A stretch of 64,000 bases of DNA from positions 608,001-672,000 of the forward strand of contig OY764216.1 in NCBI GenBank assembly GCA_963668315.1, read 5' to 3'. The stretch comes from Spirochaetia bacterium (GTDB lineage Bacteria; Spirochaetota; Spirochaetia; DSM-2461). The notes below the pieces were generated by a model. The model saw nothing but the letters and a program-made list of their open reading frames with translations, had not been told where the DNA came from and ran no database searches. Position numbers and translations under genes: made by a program. Position 1 is the first letter of the stretch. Every line of letters starts with the position of its first letter. Shown one piece after another: positions 55,705-64,000 of this stretch.

Positions 55705-56547
55705 ATGGAAAAGAGAAATATCTATAAGACCGACGACGTGCTTATCATCGCGTCCTTTCTGATGCTGATTCCGGTGGTGTTTTTATCATGGCCCTGGCTT
55801 TCGGGCCTTCCGTCTGCTTCGGATCTTTCGGCTTATCTGCAATCAGCCCCCGGTATTCTGGGGACGAATCTGATCCTTTCGGGCGCCTATCTGGCCGGAG
55901 CCGTTCTCACACAGATTCTGGGGCGGATACTGCGCCATCGGGAAAACCAGACGCGGGATATCCTGGATTCGGTCATGTATATGGGACAGGTTAACCTGAG
56001 CCAGTTATCAGCCAACTTATCCCTGCCCGAGAGCAAAGTGCGTAAACTGGCGGCCCGGCTCTGCCGCGTCAGGGGACTGGGGATACATCTGGAGGGAGAT
56101 ATTCTCACCCGCCGCACCGTACCCGAAGCCGCTCGCTTTGCCACCGCGAAAGCGGCCGATGAGCCGGCACCGGAGGAAGCCACTTCCCGGGAAAAGGACA
56201 TGCCGGGGAAAGAAGCCTCACCCTTTGAAAATGACGGTTCCTCTCCCGTCACCGTTTCGCCGGAACTGCGGGATTTCCTGAAGAATGATAAATCGGATAT
56301 ATTCAGCAAACTTGAAAAAATCAACCGGATAGCCGAATCGGGAGGAGAGATCACCCCGGAAGAGCTGGAGAAAGTCAGCAGGGATAAGCCAGCCGTTCCC
56401 AAAGGGAAAATCATCCTTTTTCTCTTCCTCTTCATGACTCCCCTCTGGCCCGTCGCCCTTATATTAATTATCATCCAGGTTGTTAAAAACTATAAGAAGC
56501 TCAAAGATAAAGGAATGGTTGATCTGAAATTCGGCTCGGAAAAATGA
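55705..56547 (+). CDS. Membrane protein of unknown function with a central winged-helix-like segment
   Basis: TMs at both ends; QVNLSQLSANLSLPESKVRKLAARL; RBS AGGAG. Confidence 0.6.
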   Translation: MEKRNIYKTDDVLIIASFLMLIPVVFLSWPWLSGLPSASDLSAYLQSAPGILGTNLILSGAYLAGAVLTQILGRILRHRENQTRDILDSVMYMGQVNLSQLSANLSLPESKVRKLAARLCRVRGLGIHLEGDILTRRTVPEAARFATAKAADEPAPEEATSREKDMPGKEASPFENDGSSPVTVSPELRDFLKNDKSDIFSKLEKINRIAESGGEITPEELEKVSRDKPAVPKGKIILFLFLFMTPLWPVALILIIIQVVKNYKKLKDKGMVDLKFGSEK

Positions 56548-56742
56548 CGCCTGTTCACAGCGGGATTTCCTGTCTTTGCGGGATTCCTCCATTTCCGTAG
56601 GAATTGATCTTCCGAAAATTAAGACAATATACGTTCCCGTAAAATAAACGAAAATTGCCCCCCCTCCAAAAATCGCCTCTTTTCAAATCGGGATAACTGC
56701 CATCTAATGGTAGTAGAACACACCCCAAAACCGGAAGAGAGT

Positions 56743-57648
56743 ATGGATAATTTTAAAAGAAATATAGCGAGGCAGTGGCAGTTCTATGCGATTCTGTTCC
56801 TGCCGTTCACCTATCTCGTCATTTTTCAGTATATCCCCCTGGGAGGCCTGCTTCTGGCCTTCAAGTCCTACAGCATAACCAAGGGAATATGGGGAAGCAA
56901 ATGGGTCGGCCTGAAGTACTTCAGGCAGTTCTTCAATTCCCCCTCCAGCCTGGCTATTGTCTGGAACACCTTCAGCCTGAGCCTCTATTCGATTATCGCC
57001 GGATTCCCCTTTCCCATTATTCTGGCTGTTCTCCTTAATGAGCAGAGAAACGAGAAGGTAAAAAGTTTTTCCCAGATGATCACCTATGCCCCCTATTTCA
57101 TATCCACGGTGGTGATGGTGGGAATCCTCTATCAGGTTCTGGATCCCCGCATGGGCATCATCAATAAATTCCTGAACCTGCTTTCCCTCGAATCAATCGA
57201 TTTTTTCGCGAATCCGCTGATGTTCAAATCCCTCTACGTCTGGTCGGGGATATGGCAGTTCACCGGTTATAACTCCATCATTTATCTGGCCGCCCTTTCC
57301 GGGGTCAGTCCGGAGCTTCACGAAGCCTGCCGGATTGACGGAGGCAATCTGCTCCACAAGATCTGGCATATAGACCTTCCCTCCATAAAGTCGACCATCA
57401 TCATCCTGCTGATTCTCAATATGGGACAGGTCATGAGCATCGGTTTTGAAAAAGTATTTCTCATGCAGAACCCCGTCAATCTGGCGCAGAGCGAGATTAT
57501 CGCTACTTACGTTTACAAAACCGGCCTGGTCAACGCCAACTTCGGGTTGTCCACGGCCATCGGATTTTTCAACTCCCTGGTGAACCTCGTCCTCATTTTC
57601 TCTTTCAACAAAATCTCGCAGAAAATCGGAGAGGTCAGTCTATGGTAA
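56743..57648 (+). CDS. ABC permease (LplB-like)
   Basis: YAPYFISTVVMVG, IIYLAALSGVSPELHEACRIDGG. Start uncertain (56707 or 56743). Confidence 0.92.
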   Translation: MDNFKRNIARQWQFYAILFLPFTYLVIFQYIPLGGLLLAFKSYSITKGIWGSKWVGLKYFRQFFNSPSSLAIVWNTFSLSLYSIIAGFPFPIILAVLLNEQRNEKVKSFSQMITYAPYFISTVVMVGILYQVLDPRMGIINKFLNLLSLESIDFFANPLMFKSLYVWSGIWQFTGYNSIIYLAALSGVSPELHEACRIDGGNLLHKIWHIDLPSIKSTIIILLILNMGQVMSIGFEKVFLMQNPVNLAQSEIIATYVYKTGLVNANFGLSTAIGFFNSLVNLVLIFSFNKISQKIGEVSLW

Positions 57649-58538
57649 ACAGCAAGCTCTTAAGAAGCCGCCAGGACAATATCATACACACGGTTTTCAC
57701 CATAGTCCTCCTGGCTTCGACGATCCTCGTCCTCTGGCCGGTAATCTATATCGTGAGCGCCTCCTTTTCCAGCCCCAACGCGGTTATTTCCGGCAAGGTC
57801 TGGCTCTACCCGGTGGAACCGAACCTTAACGGTTACGCCGCCGTCTTCAAAAACCGTAACATCCTCTCCGGCTTCGGAAACTCCTTCATTTACATGATTG
57901 TGGGGACGACGGTAAATATCATTTTCACGATTCTGGCCGCCTATCCCCTCAGCCGGAAAGAGTTTAAAGCCCGGGGGATTTTCACGGGGCTTTTCGTCTT
58001 TACCATGCTTTTTTCGGGAGGTCTGATCCCCATCTACCTTGTCGTGAAAAACCTGGGGCTTCTGAACACCCGGCCGGCCCTCATCCTGCCCACAGCCCTT
58101 TCCGTCTGGAACCTGATCATCATGAGAACCTATTTCCAGACGACGATCCCCGACGAAATGTACGAGGCGGCCACCATCGACGGTTGCGATGACATCAATT
58201 TTCTGTGGAGGATCGTCATCCCCCTGTCCGGCCCCATCATCGCCGTGCTGACCCTTTATTACGGGGTCAGCCACTGGAATCGGTACTTCGAAGCCCTGAT
58301 CTATCTTAAGACGGAGGAGCTCTTTCCCCTCCAGCTGGTCCTCAGGAGCATCCTCATCTCCAACGAAATCGATCCGATCATGATCGCCGACGTGGACGAG
58401 CTTATCAGGAAACAGGGACTGGTGGATCTGCTCAAGTATTCCACCATCGTCGTCGCCAGCGTGCCGGTGCTCTGCATCTATCCCTTTGTCCAGAAGTATT
58501 TCGTCAAAGGGGTTATGATCGGCTCGCTAAAAGGGTAA
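57642..58538 (+). CDS. ABC permease (LplC-like)
   Basis: FTMLFSGGLIP, YEAATIDG, YPFVQKYFVKGVMIGSLKG. Confidence 0.93.
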   Translation: MVNSKLLRSRQDNIIHTVFTIVLLASTILVLWPVIYIVSASFSSPNAVISGKVWLYPVEPNLNGYAAVFKNRNILSGFGNSFIYMIVGTTVNIIFTILAAYPLSRKEFKARGIFTGLFVFTMLFSGGLIPIYLVVKNLGLLNTRPALILPTALSVWNLIIMRTYFQTTIPDEMYEAATIDGCDDINFLWRIVIPLSGPIIAVLTLYYGVSHWNRYFEALIYLKTEELFPLQLVLRSILISNEIDPIMIADVDELIRKQGLVDLLKYSTIVVASVPVLCIYPFVQKYFVKGVMIGSLKG

Positions 58539-58622
58539 TCTATCCCGGATGTTTCCGGGAAGAATATAGGGCCGACCGGTTCCACTGAGACCTGCCAGCC
58601 TGAACAACAAAAGGAGTAGAAT

Positions 58623-60296
58623 ATGAAAAAGAAAGTTCTTATGTTATCCGCACTCTGTCTCATCGCTTCTCTTCTGTCCGCCAACGGCAGCAAGGAAACC
58701 TCGGCAAGCGGCGACATAACGCTGACCCCCGTCGGAACCTACCCGATCGTTGAGGAGAAAACGGAGTTTTCCGTCTTCACGCCCTCCGACGCATCGGTCA
58801 TCGATTTCAAGACGAACGAGTTCACCAAATGGCTTGAGGAAAAAACGAATATCCATGTCAATTTCGAGGTTAGCCCCGAAGACGCGGTCAAGGAAAAAAT
58901 CACCCTGCTGCTGGCCAGCGGGGACTATCCCGACATTTTTATGAGAACCTATATCGATATGACGCCCGATATCGAGGCCCGCTACGGAATCAACGAAGGG
59001 GTTTTTCTTCCCCTGAACGACCTCATCGATGACAATATGGTCAATTTCAAAAAGATCATGAATGAGAATCCCGATATCCGGGGAAACATCACCCATATCG
59101 ACGGTAATATCTACAGCCTCCCCCGGGTCAATGACTGTTTTCACTGCAGTATGCCCATTAAAATGTGGATCAATAAAGCCTGGCTGGACAAAGCCGGTCT
59201 TGGGATTCCTGAAACAACCGAAGAGTTCTATAACGCCCTGACCTACTTCAAAGAGCACGATATGAACGGCAACGGCGACGCCAGCGACGAGATTCCCTTC
59301 GCCGGCGCCCGGGAACGGGAAGGCTGGTACGAAACGGTGGATTCCTTTGTGATGAACTCCTTTATTCAGGATAACGGCGACAACCTCAGGCTTCTCGTGG
59401 AAGACGGCGAAGTTTCGAGCATCGTCAATCAGGATAAATACAAGGAAGGCCTGAAATATCTGGCCAAGCTGTATAGGGAAGAACTGATCTACGGCCCCTC
59501 CTTCACCCAGAAGCATGAACAGCTCAGACAGCTGGCCAACCTGCCCGATATCCTCATCGGCGCCTTCCAGGCGGGACATAACCAGATGCTTTTCAGCGCC
59601 ACCGCCGATCCCGAGAGATACCGCCAGTACGTGCCCATCGCCCCTCTCGCCGGACCTGACGGGACACGGCAGGGCGCCTATTTCCCCGACAGCCCCTACC
59701 ACTCCGGCCAGTTCGTTATTACCGATAAGTGCGCCAGCCCCGAGGCAGCCATCAGATGGATTGATACCTTCTACACCATCGATACGGCCATCAGAGAGTG
59801 TGAGCGCGGCGGTATCGAAGGCAAGCAGTTCCGCTGGGCCGAACCGGGCGAAGTGGGCATGAACGGCAAACCGGCCATCTACAAAACCCTGGTTCCCCTC
59901 TCCATCGAACCCCAGAACGACAACTGGCACAACGGTTCCTACTACCCCAGAGATTTCCGTCTGGGTATGGTAACCGATCCCAGCATCGATCCCTTCTCTC
60001 CCGAAGGCCTTGAGAAACTGCTCTTCGAGACCACCAAGGATCTTTACGAGCCCTATATCAACCCCGACGTGCGAATCGCCCCCACCCTCAAGCTGACCGC
60101 GGAGGAAGCGGAAGAAACCAGTACGATCAAGGTTGAACTCCAGAACTATATCGAATCTTCCAAGACTAAGTTCATCATGAACCAGAGCGATATCGATAAA
60201 GAGTGGGACTCCTATCTGGCCGATCTGGAAAAAATCGGTTTGAGCGAGTACCTTGGTATAATGCAGAAGGCCTACGACAGACAGTTCAGCAAATAG
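58623..60296 (+). CDS. Oligosaccharide ABC substrate-binding protein (LplA-like)
   Basis: Signal ending LSANGSKE; LASGDYPD, WINKAWLDKAG, DMNGNGDASDEIP. Confidence 0.92.
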   Translation: MKKKVLMLSALCLIASLLSANGSKETSASGDITLTPVGTYPIVEEKTEFSVFTPSDASVIDFKTNEFTKWLEEKTNIHVNFEVSPEDAVKEKITLLLASGDYPDIFMRTYIDMTPDIEARYGINEGVFLPLNDLIDDNMVNFKKIMNENPDIRGNITHIDGNIYSLPRVNDCFHCSMPIKMWINKAWLDKAGLGIPETTEEFYNALTYFKEHDMNGNGDASDEIPFAGAREREGWYETVDSFVMNSFIQDNGDNLRLLVEDGEVSSIVNQDKYKEGLKYLAKLYREELIYGPSFTQKHEQLRQLANLPDILIGAFQAGHNQMLFSATADPERYRQYVPIAPLAGPDGTRQGAYFPDSPYHSGQFVITDKCASPEAAIRWIDTFYTIDTAIRECERGGIEGKQFRWAEPGEVGMNGKPAIYKTLVPLSIEPQNDNWHNGSYYPRDFRLGMVTDPSIDPFSPEGLEKLLFETTKDLYEPYINPDVRIAPTLKLTAEEAEETSTIKVELQNYIESSKTKFIMNQSDIDKEWDSYLADLEKIGLSEYLGIMQKAYDRQFSK

Positions 60297-60394
60297 AGTT
60301 TATTCGGCTGATGTAGTATAATAAACACAGCTTCGGCGGGCGGCGCATTAAGTCTCCCGCCGCGGTTGTTTATCCGAAAGAAAAGGAGTGTCGA

Positions 60395-62554
60395 TTGAAA
60401 AAAGACAGGGAACGGTGGCTATTCTATCCCCTGCTGCTGTCCGTGGCACTGATTATTATTCCTTCGATCATCTCCTTGATTTTTCTCATGAAATTCTCCC
60501 TTTCCCACTCCATCTCCACGGCAGAACAGTCCAATGAGCGTATGCTTCTCCAGATACGGGACCAGATCGAAAGCGTCTATGGAGAACTTGAGATGATATC
60601 GGCCTCCCTGGCAATGAACCCTTCGATCAACAGTCTGTACCGTGATCTGGCCAGAAACGATAATCCCGATTTTTTCAAGATTTACGAAACTCAGAAAAAA
60701 CTCCCCCGCTACGAACTCTCCAATAAGTATGTTCAGGGCGTGGATATTCTCTTTAAAAACGGCAATGTCGTCCTGAGCCCTTCCGGCTCCACCGTCGATT
60801 TTTACGGTTCCCTGAAGAACAAACTGACGTCCTCTCCGAACGGGCCGGACACCGATGAAATTCTCTGGGGGGAAAATTATCACAGCAGAATCATCAAAAC
60901 CAAGGACGGCCTCTGGTTTCTCTCCTCCTTTCCCTTCGGGGCGGGAACACCCAAGGCTCTTATCGTCATAAAGATAGATAAATCGGAATTTTACAGACTC
61001 CTCTCCTTTTTCGATGTGGGAGAAGAGGGCCAGATTGAAGTTATCGAAGGAAACGGGGGAACCTCCATCACCTATCCGGAGGAAACGAGGAATTTTGAAA
61101 CCTCGAAAATCCTGACTAACCGGGCCACGGCCCATAAGGGAACCTGGGAAGTCGTTTCACGAGTCCCCTATTCCTATGTTCTGAAATCGGTCAGATCCAC
61201 CAGAATTACCCTGCTGGCCGTTACCATCGCGAGTATTTCGCTTACCATGTTTCTCGGATTTCTCCTTCTGAAGTGGAATTCCCTCCCGATCATACGGCTT
61301 ATCGCCAAGCTGGACCCCGTCACCAATAAGGAAGCCTTGCGAACCGGCAGGGGGAACGGATACGAATTGATCAATTCGCGGGTTGACTCCATGCTGGCAG
61401 AAAGACAGTCAATAAAAAAGCAGCTGGCCATGCAGAAAAGCTTCCTCCAGCGGAGTTATCTCCTCAATCTGATAAGGGGAGATTACGGAGACAGAAGAGA
61501 ATCCCAGGAACTGGCCGAGATAGCTGGGCTCTCTTCTGATTTTTTCCCCGTTGCCCTTATCATCATCCAGAGCGCCGAAAGAAAGAGAAAAAGCGTGAAT
61601 TCCTACTCGCAGAGAGATAAAATGGGCGACATCACCTCCCGTTTTCTCACGGAGGACTTGAAAACGCCCGTTATTTTCTATCCTCTGGAAGAGGGGGGTC
61701 TGCTTTTTCTGATCAGCGTCTCCCATTTGAAAGATCCCCGGGAATCGCTGAAGAAGGAACTTCTTTTCCAACTTGAGAAGGAAGGACTGGCCCCCTTATC
61801 TATCTTCTATGGAGGGATCGGGGAGGATGCCGAAGAGATACATAACGCCTACTCCCGGGCGGAGCAGCTGGCCCAGACGACGGAGACAACCACCTCCGGT
61901 TTCTACAGCGTGGAAGATACAAGGGTCAACGTAAAAGCCTTTACCTATCCGGTGGAGTGGGAAGTCAAACTGCTGACCTATGTCAACGCGGGAAACAGGG
62001 TGAAAGCGGACGAACTCCTGGAGAAAATCGGCAGGGCCAACTTTCGTGAAAAGGACAACTGCCTGCTGGCCCAGCGCCACTTTATCTCCCTGCTCTACGG
62101 CACCCTTACCAGATGCACCTTAACCATCAAGGAATTGCCCGCCGAGATCCAGGACCCCTATGAATCTTTCAGTATCATCAGAGCCCGTCTTCTGGAGGTG
62201 GCAGAAAGCCATGCCAGAAAGAAAAGGGAGGAAGACGACGAACTGCGGGACACGATCCAGTCTTACATCAGGGCAAACTATTCCGACCCGGCCTTTACCC
62301 TCTATCACCTGGCCTCCTACACGGGTTTTTCAGAATCACTCCTTTACAATACCTTCAAGTCCCTTTTCGGACAGACATTTGCCTCCTATCTTGAGGCCCT
62401 GCGTATCAGCAAAAGCACGGAGCTGTTGGAAAAGGGAGAGAAAATCGTCGATACCGCCGCACTGACCGGATTCAATAACTCCCAGACCTTCCGAAGGGTT
62501 TTTAAAAGGAAAACGGGAATCACCCCCTCTAATTTTGTTAACTCTCTTTTCTGA
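60395..62554 (+). CDS. Membrane-anchored one-component AraC regulator (YesS-like)
   Basis: TTG start with AAGGAG; two TMs; C-terminal TGFNNSQTFRRVFKRKTGITP. Confidence 0.88.
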   Translation: MKKDRERWLFYPLLLSVALIIIPSIISLIFLMKFSLSHSISTAEQSNERMLLQIRDQIESVYGELEMISASLAMNPSINSLYRDLARNDNPDFFKIYETQKKLPRYELSNKYVQGVDILFKNGNVVLSPSGSTVDFYGSLKNKLTSSPNGPDTDEILWGENYHSRIIKTKDGLWFLSSFPFGAGTPKALIVIKIDKSEFYRLLSFFDVGEEGQIEVIEGNGGTSITYPEETRNFETSKILTNRATAHKGTWEVVSRVPYSYVLKSVRSTRITLLAVTIASISLTMFLGFLLLKWNSLPIIRLIAKLDPVTNKEALRTGRGNGYELINSRVDSMLAERQSIKKQLAMQKSFLQRSYLLNLIRGDYGDRRESQELAEIAGLSSDFFPVALIIIQSAERKRKSVNSYSQRDKMGDITSRFLTEDLKTPVIFYPLEEGGLLFLISVSHLKDPRESLKKELLFQLEKEGLAPLSIFYGGIGEDAEEIHNAYSRAEQLAQTTETTTSGFYSVEDTRVNVKAFTYPVEWEVKLLTYVNAGNRVKADELLEKIGRANFREKDNCLLAQRHFISLLYGTLTRCTLTIKELPAEIQDPYESFSIIRARLLEVAESHARKKREEDDELRDTIQSYIRANYSDPAFTLYHLASYTGFSESLLYNTFKSLFGQTFASYLEALRISKSTELLEKGEKIVDTAALTGFNNSQTFRRVFKRKTGITPSNFVNSLF

Positions 62555-62626
62555 TATTCTCTTATAACGACTTTTTCATATATTAAAACTTTACAATTCA
62601 TAAAAGTCATGGGAGAATAACGTCCT

Positions 62627-63814
62627 ATGAATAAAAACCGCATTCTCTCTATTCTCCGCTTTATTATCCTGCTCTGTCTCCTTGTCTTTACCACCGCCCA
62701 GGGAAGACTCCATCAGATTCTTAAAATCTATCCGGCCGTGGATGCCTTCTGTCCCTTCGGAGGCCTGGAATCGCTCTGGGCGCTCATACGCTACCAGGGC
62801 TTACTGAGACGCGTCGCCTGGAGCAGTATCATTCTGCTGGCCACGACCGTGGGAACGGCCCTGGTGTTCAGGCGCTCCTTCTGCGGAAATATCTGTCCCC
62901 TGGGATTCCTCCAGGAACTGTTCGGAATGGGAGGAAAGGCTGTTCTGAAAAGAAGGTTCAATCTTCCCGGGAGACTGGACCGGATTCTTCGTTATGCCAA
63001 GTATCCGGTACTTCTCCTCTTTCTGGGACTGGCCTGGAAAACACTCGCCCTGGCCATACGGCCCTACGATCCCTGGGTCGCCTATCATCACCTCGGTTCG
63101 GGAGAACTTTTCTCTGAATATCTGATCGGACTGATCATACTGGCGCTCTCCCTGGGAGGAGCTCTCTTTGTCGACAGACCTTTCTGCCGCTATCTCTGTC
63201 CCATGGGCGGTTTTCTTGCCCTGCCCTCTTTCCTGGGATTCAGCCGCATCCGCCGCAAAAGCGAAACCTGTATAGACTGCGGGATATGCGATGCCTCGTG
63301 CCCCATGGACATAGACGTGTCCTCAAGGGCGACGGTCAAATCGCCCGAATGCATCAGCTGCACCAAATGCGTTCAGGCCTGTCCCGTGGAGGGAACCCTG
63401 GAATTCTCTACGCCTTCATTCAGGGGAAAGTCCCAGAGGCTCCCCTCCGCTCTGATCCTCTTCGGAACACTGGGCATATTCCTTATCGTTCTCACGGCTG
63501 CGACTCTGACAGAAGACTTCCTGTGGAAGGCCGACACGGGCCTCGAAAGAAGACAGGAGAGACTTCTCTGGGGCCCCCAGCGGATCGGAGATGACAACAC
63601 GCCCGCCGAAGTCATCGGCATATATCAGATCCACCCCGACTATTTTGTCGAGACCTATGGCATCGAAAGGGAAGAGCAGTTCTATATGACCTTCGAAGAG
63701 CTGGGCATCAACGCCAGAGAACTGGGGCAGAATATCACGAAGCTGTTTCAGGATGCGGGCATGGATCCCCGGGCCCTTTTCGCCGGAGGCGGAGGCTGTT
63801 CGGAAGGCCATTGA
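62627..63814 (+). CDS. Membrane 4Fe-4S polyferredoxin (NapH/YccM-like)
   Basis: AFCPFGG, FCGNICPLG, FCRYLCPMG, CIDCGICDASCP, CISCTKCVQACP; several TMs. Confidence 0.9.
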   Translation: MNKNRILSILRFIILLCLLVFTTAQGRLHQILKIYPAVDAFCPFGGLESLWALIRYQGLLRRVAWSSIILLATTVGTALVFRRSFCGNICPLGFLQELFGMGGKAVLKRRFNLPGRLDRILRYAKYPVLLLFLGLAWKTLALAIRPYDPWVAYHHLGSGELFSEYLIGLIILALSLGGALFVDRPFCRYLCPMGGFLALPSFLGFSRIRRKSETCIDCGICDASCPMDIDVSSRATVKSPECISCTKCVQACPVEGTLEFSTPSFRGKSQRLPSALILFGTLGIFLIVLTAATLTEDFLWKADTGLERRQERLLWGPQRIGDDNTPAEVIGIYQIHPDYFVETYGIEREEQFYMTFEELGINARELGQNITKLFQDAGMDPRALFAGGGGCSEGH

Positions 63815-63821
63815 TGCCCTC

Positions 63822-63856
63822 GGGAGCTCCTTCTCCGGGAGGGGTTCCTCTTTTTC
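63822..63856 (+). terminator. Probable intrinsic terminator
   Basis: GC-rich stem with G-U pairs (GGGAGCTCCTTC / GGAGGGGTTCCT) followed by TTTTT. Confidence 0.55.
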
Positions 63857-63857
63857 T

Positions 63858-63886
63858 TTGACAGCCCCTGCTCCCCGTGATAAGAT
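63858..63886 (+). promoter_or_regulatory. Sigma70 promoter
   Basis: TTGACA-N17-TAAGAT with a TG extension. Confidence 0.65.
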
Positions 63887-63928
63887 TTCACTGGTTCATT
63901 CAGACTAAATCAGTCGGGGATTGGTATT

Positions 63929-64000
63929 ATGTTGAATACAAAAAAACTGGCCCTTAATATCGCCTTGGTGAATTTTCTTCTCCCCGTTCTTCTGGGAGGT
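63929..64000 (+). CDS. Start of a probable membrane or secreted protein, 3'-partial
   Basis: MLNTKKLALNIALVNFLLPVLLGG runs off the window; promoter immediately upstream. Confidence 0.55.
   Translation, partial: MLNTKKLALNIALVNFLLPVLLGG

Noticed and set aside
60321..60372. Long hairpin between the SBP and AraC genes as an ncRNA
   Set aside because: Position after an SBP gene fits an ordinary stabiliser or attenuator; no RNA family features.
1..64000. rRNA, tRNA, prophage, integrase or transposase genes
   Set aside because: None recognisable in the sequence or the ORF track.

Overview
Bacterial chromosomal segment, most likely from a free-living Spirochaetaceae-type anaerobe. This is inferred from the 'A-N-G-x-x-E' signal ends of the sugar-binding proteins and from the gene content. 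It is dominated by carbohydrate sensing and uptake: a permuted membrane-anchored GH3, three adjacent YesM/YesN-type two-component systems (two with their own sensor binding protein), three sugar ABC operons, a GH38 alpha-mannosidase, a GH28 and two YesS-like membrane AraC regulators. It also holds a SNF2 ATPase, a LysR-linked redox cluster (two Fe-ADHs, an amidohydrolase-fold protein, an OYE/Fe-S ene-reductase), folE, a sigma54-type pspA, degP/htrA, a short zwf, a YtrA-type ABC operon, several surface lipoproteins and a polyferredoxin membrane protein. I saw no rRNA, tRNA, CRISPR array, integrase or transposase. The most notable signals are: (1) a 29-bp motif with a 22-bp palindromic core placed in the same orientation ahead of two unrelated lipoprotein genes 16 kb apart, one copy directly behind a membrane-embedded AraC gene; (2) a stand-alone NifU-like CxxC protein translationally coupled inside the mannosidase ABC operon; (3) a redox cluster whose three promoters share a LysR-box architecture and which contains a decayed flavodoxin; (4) a tandem pair of REP/MITE-like units next to folE. 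All family calls come from visual motif recognition; no database searches were run.
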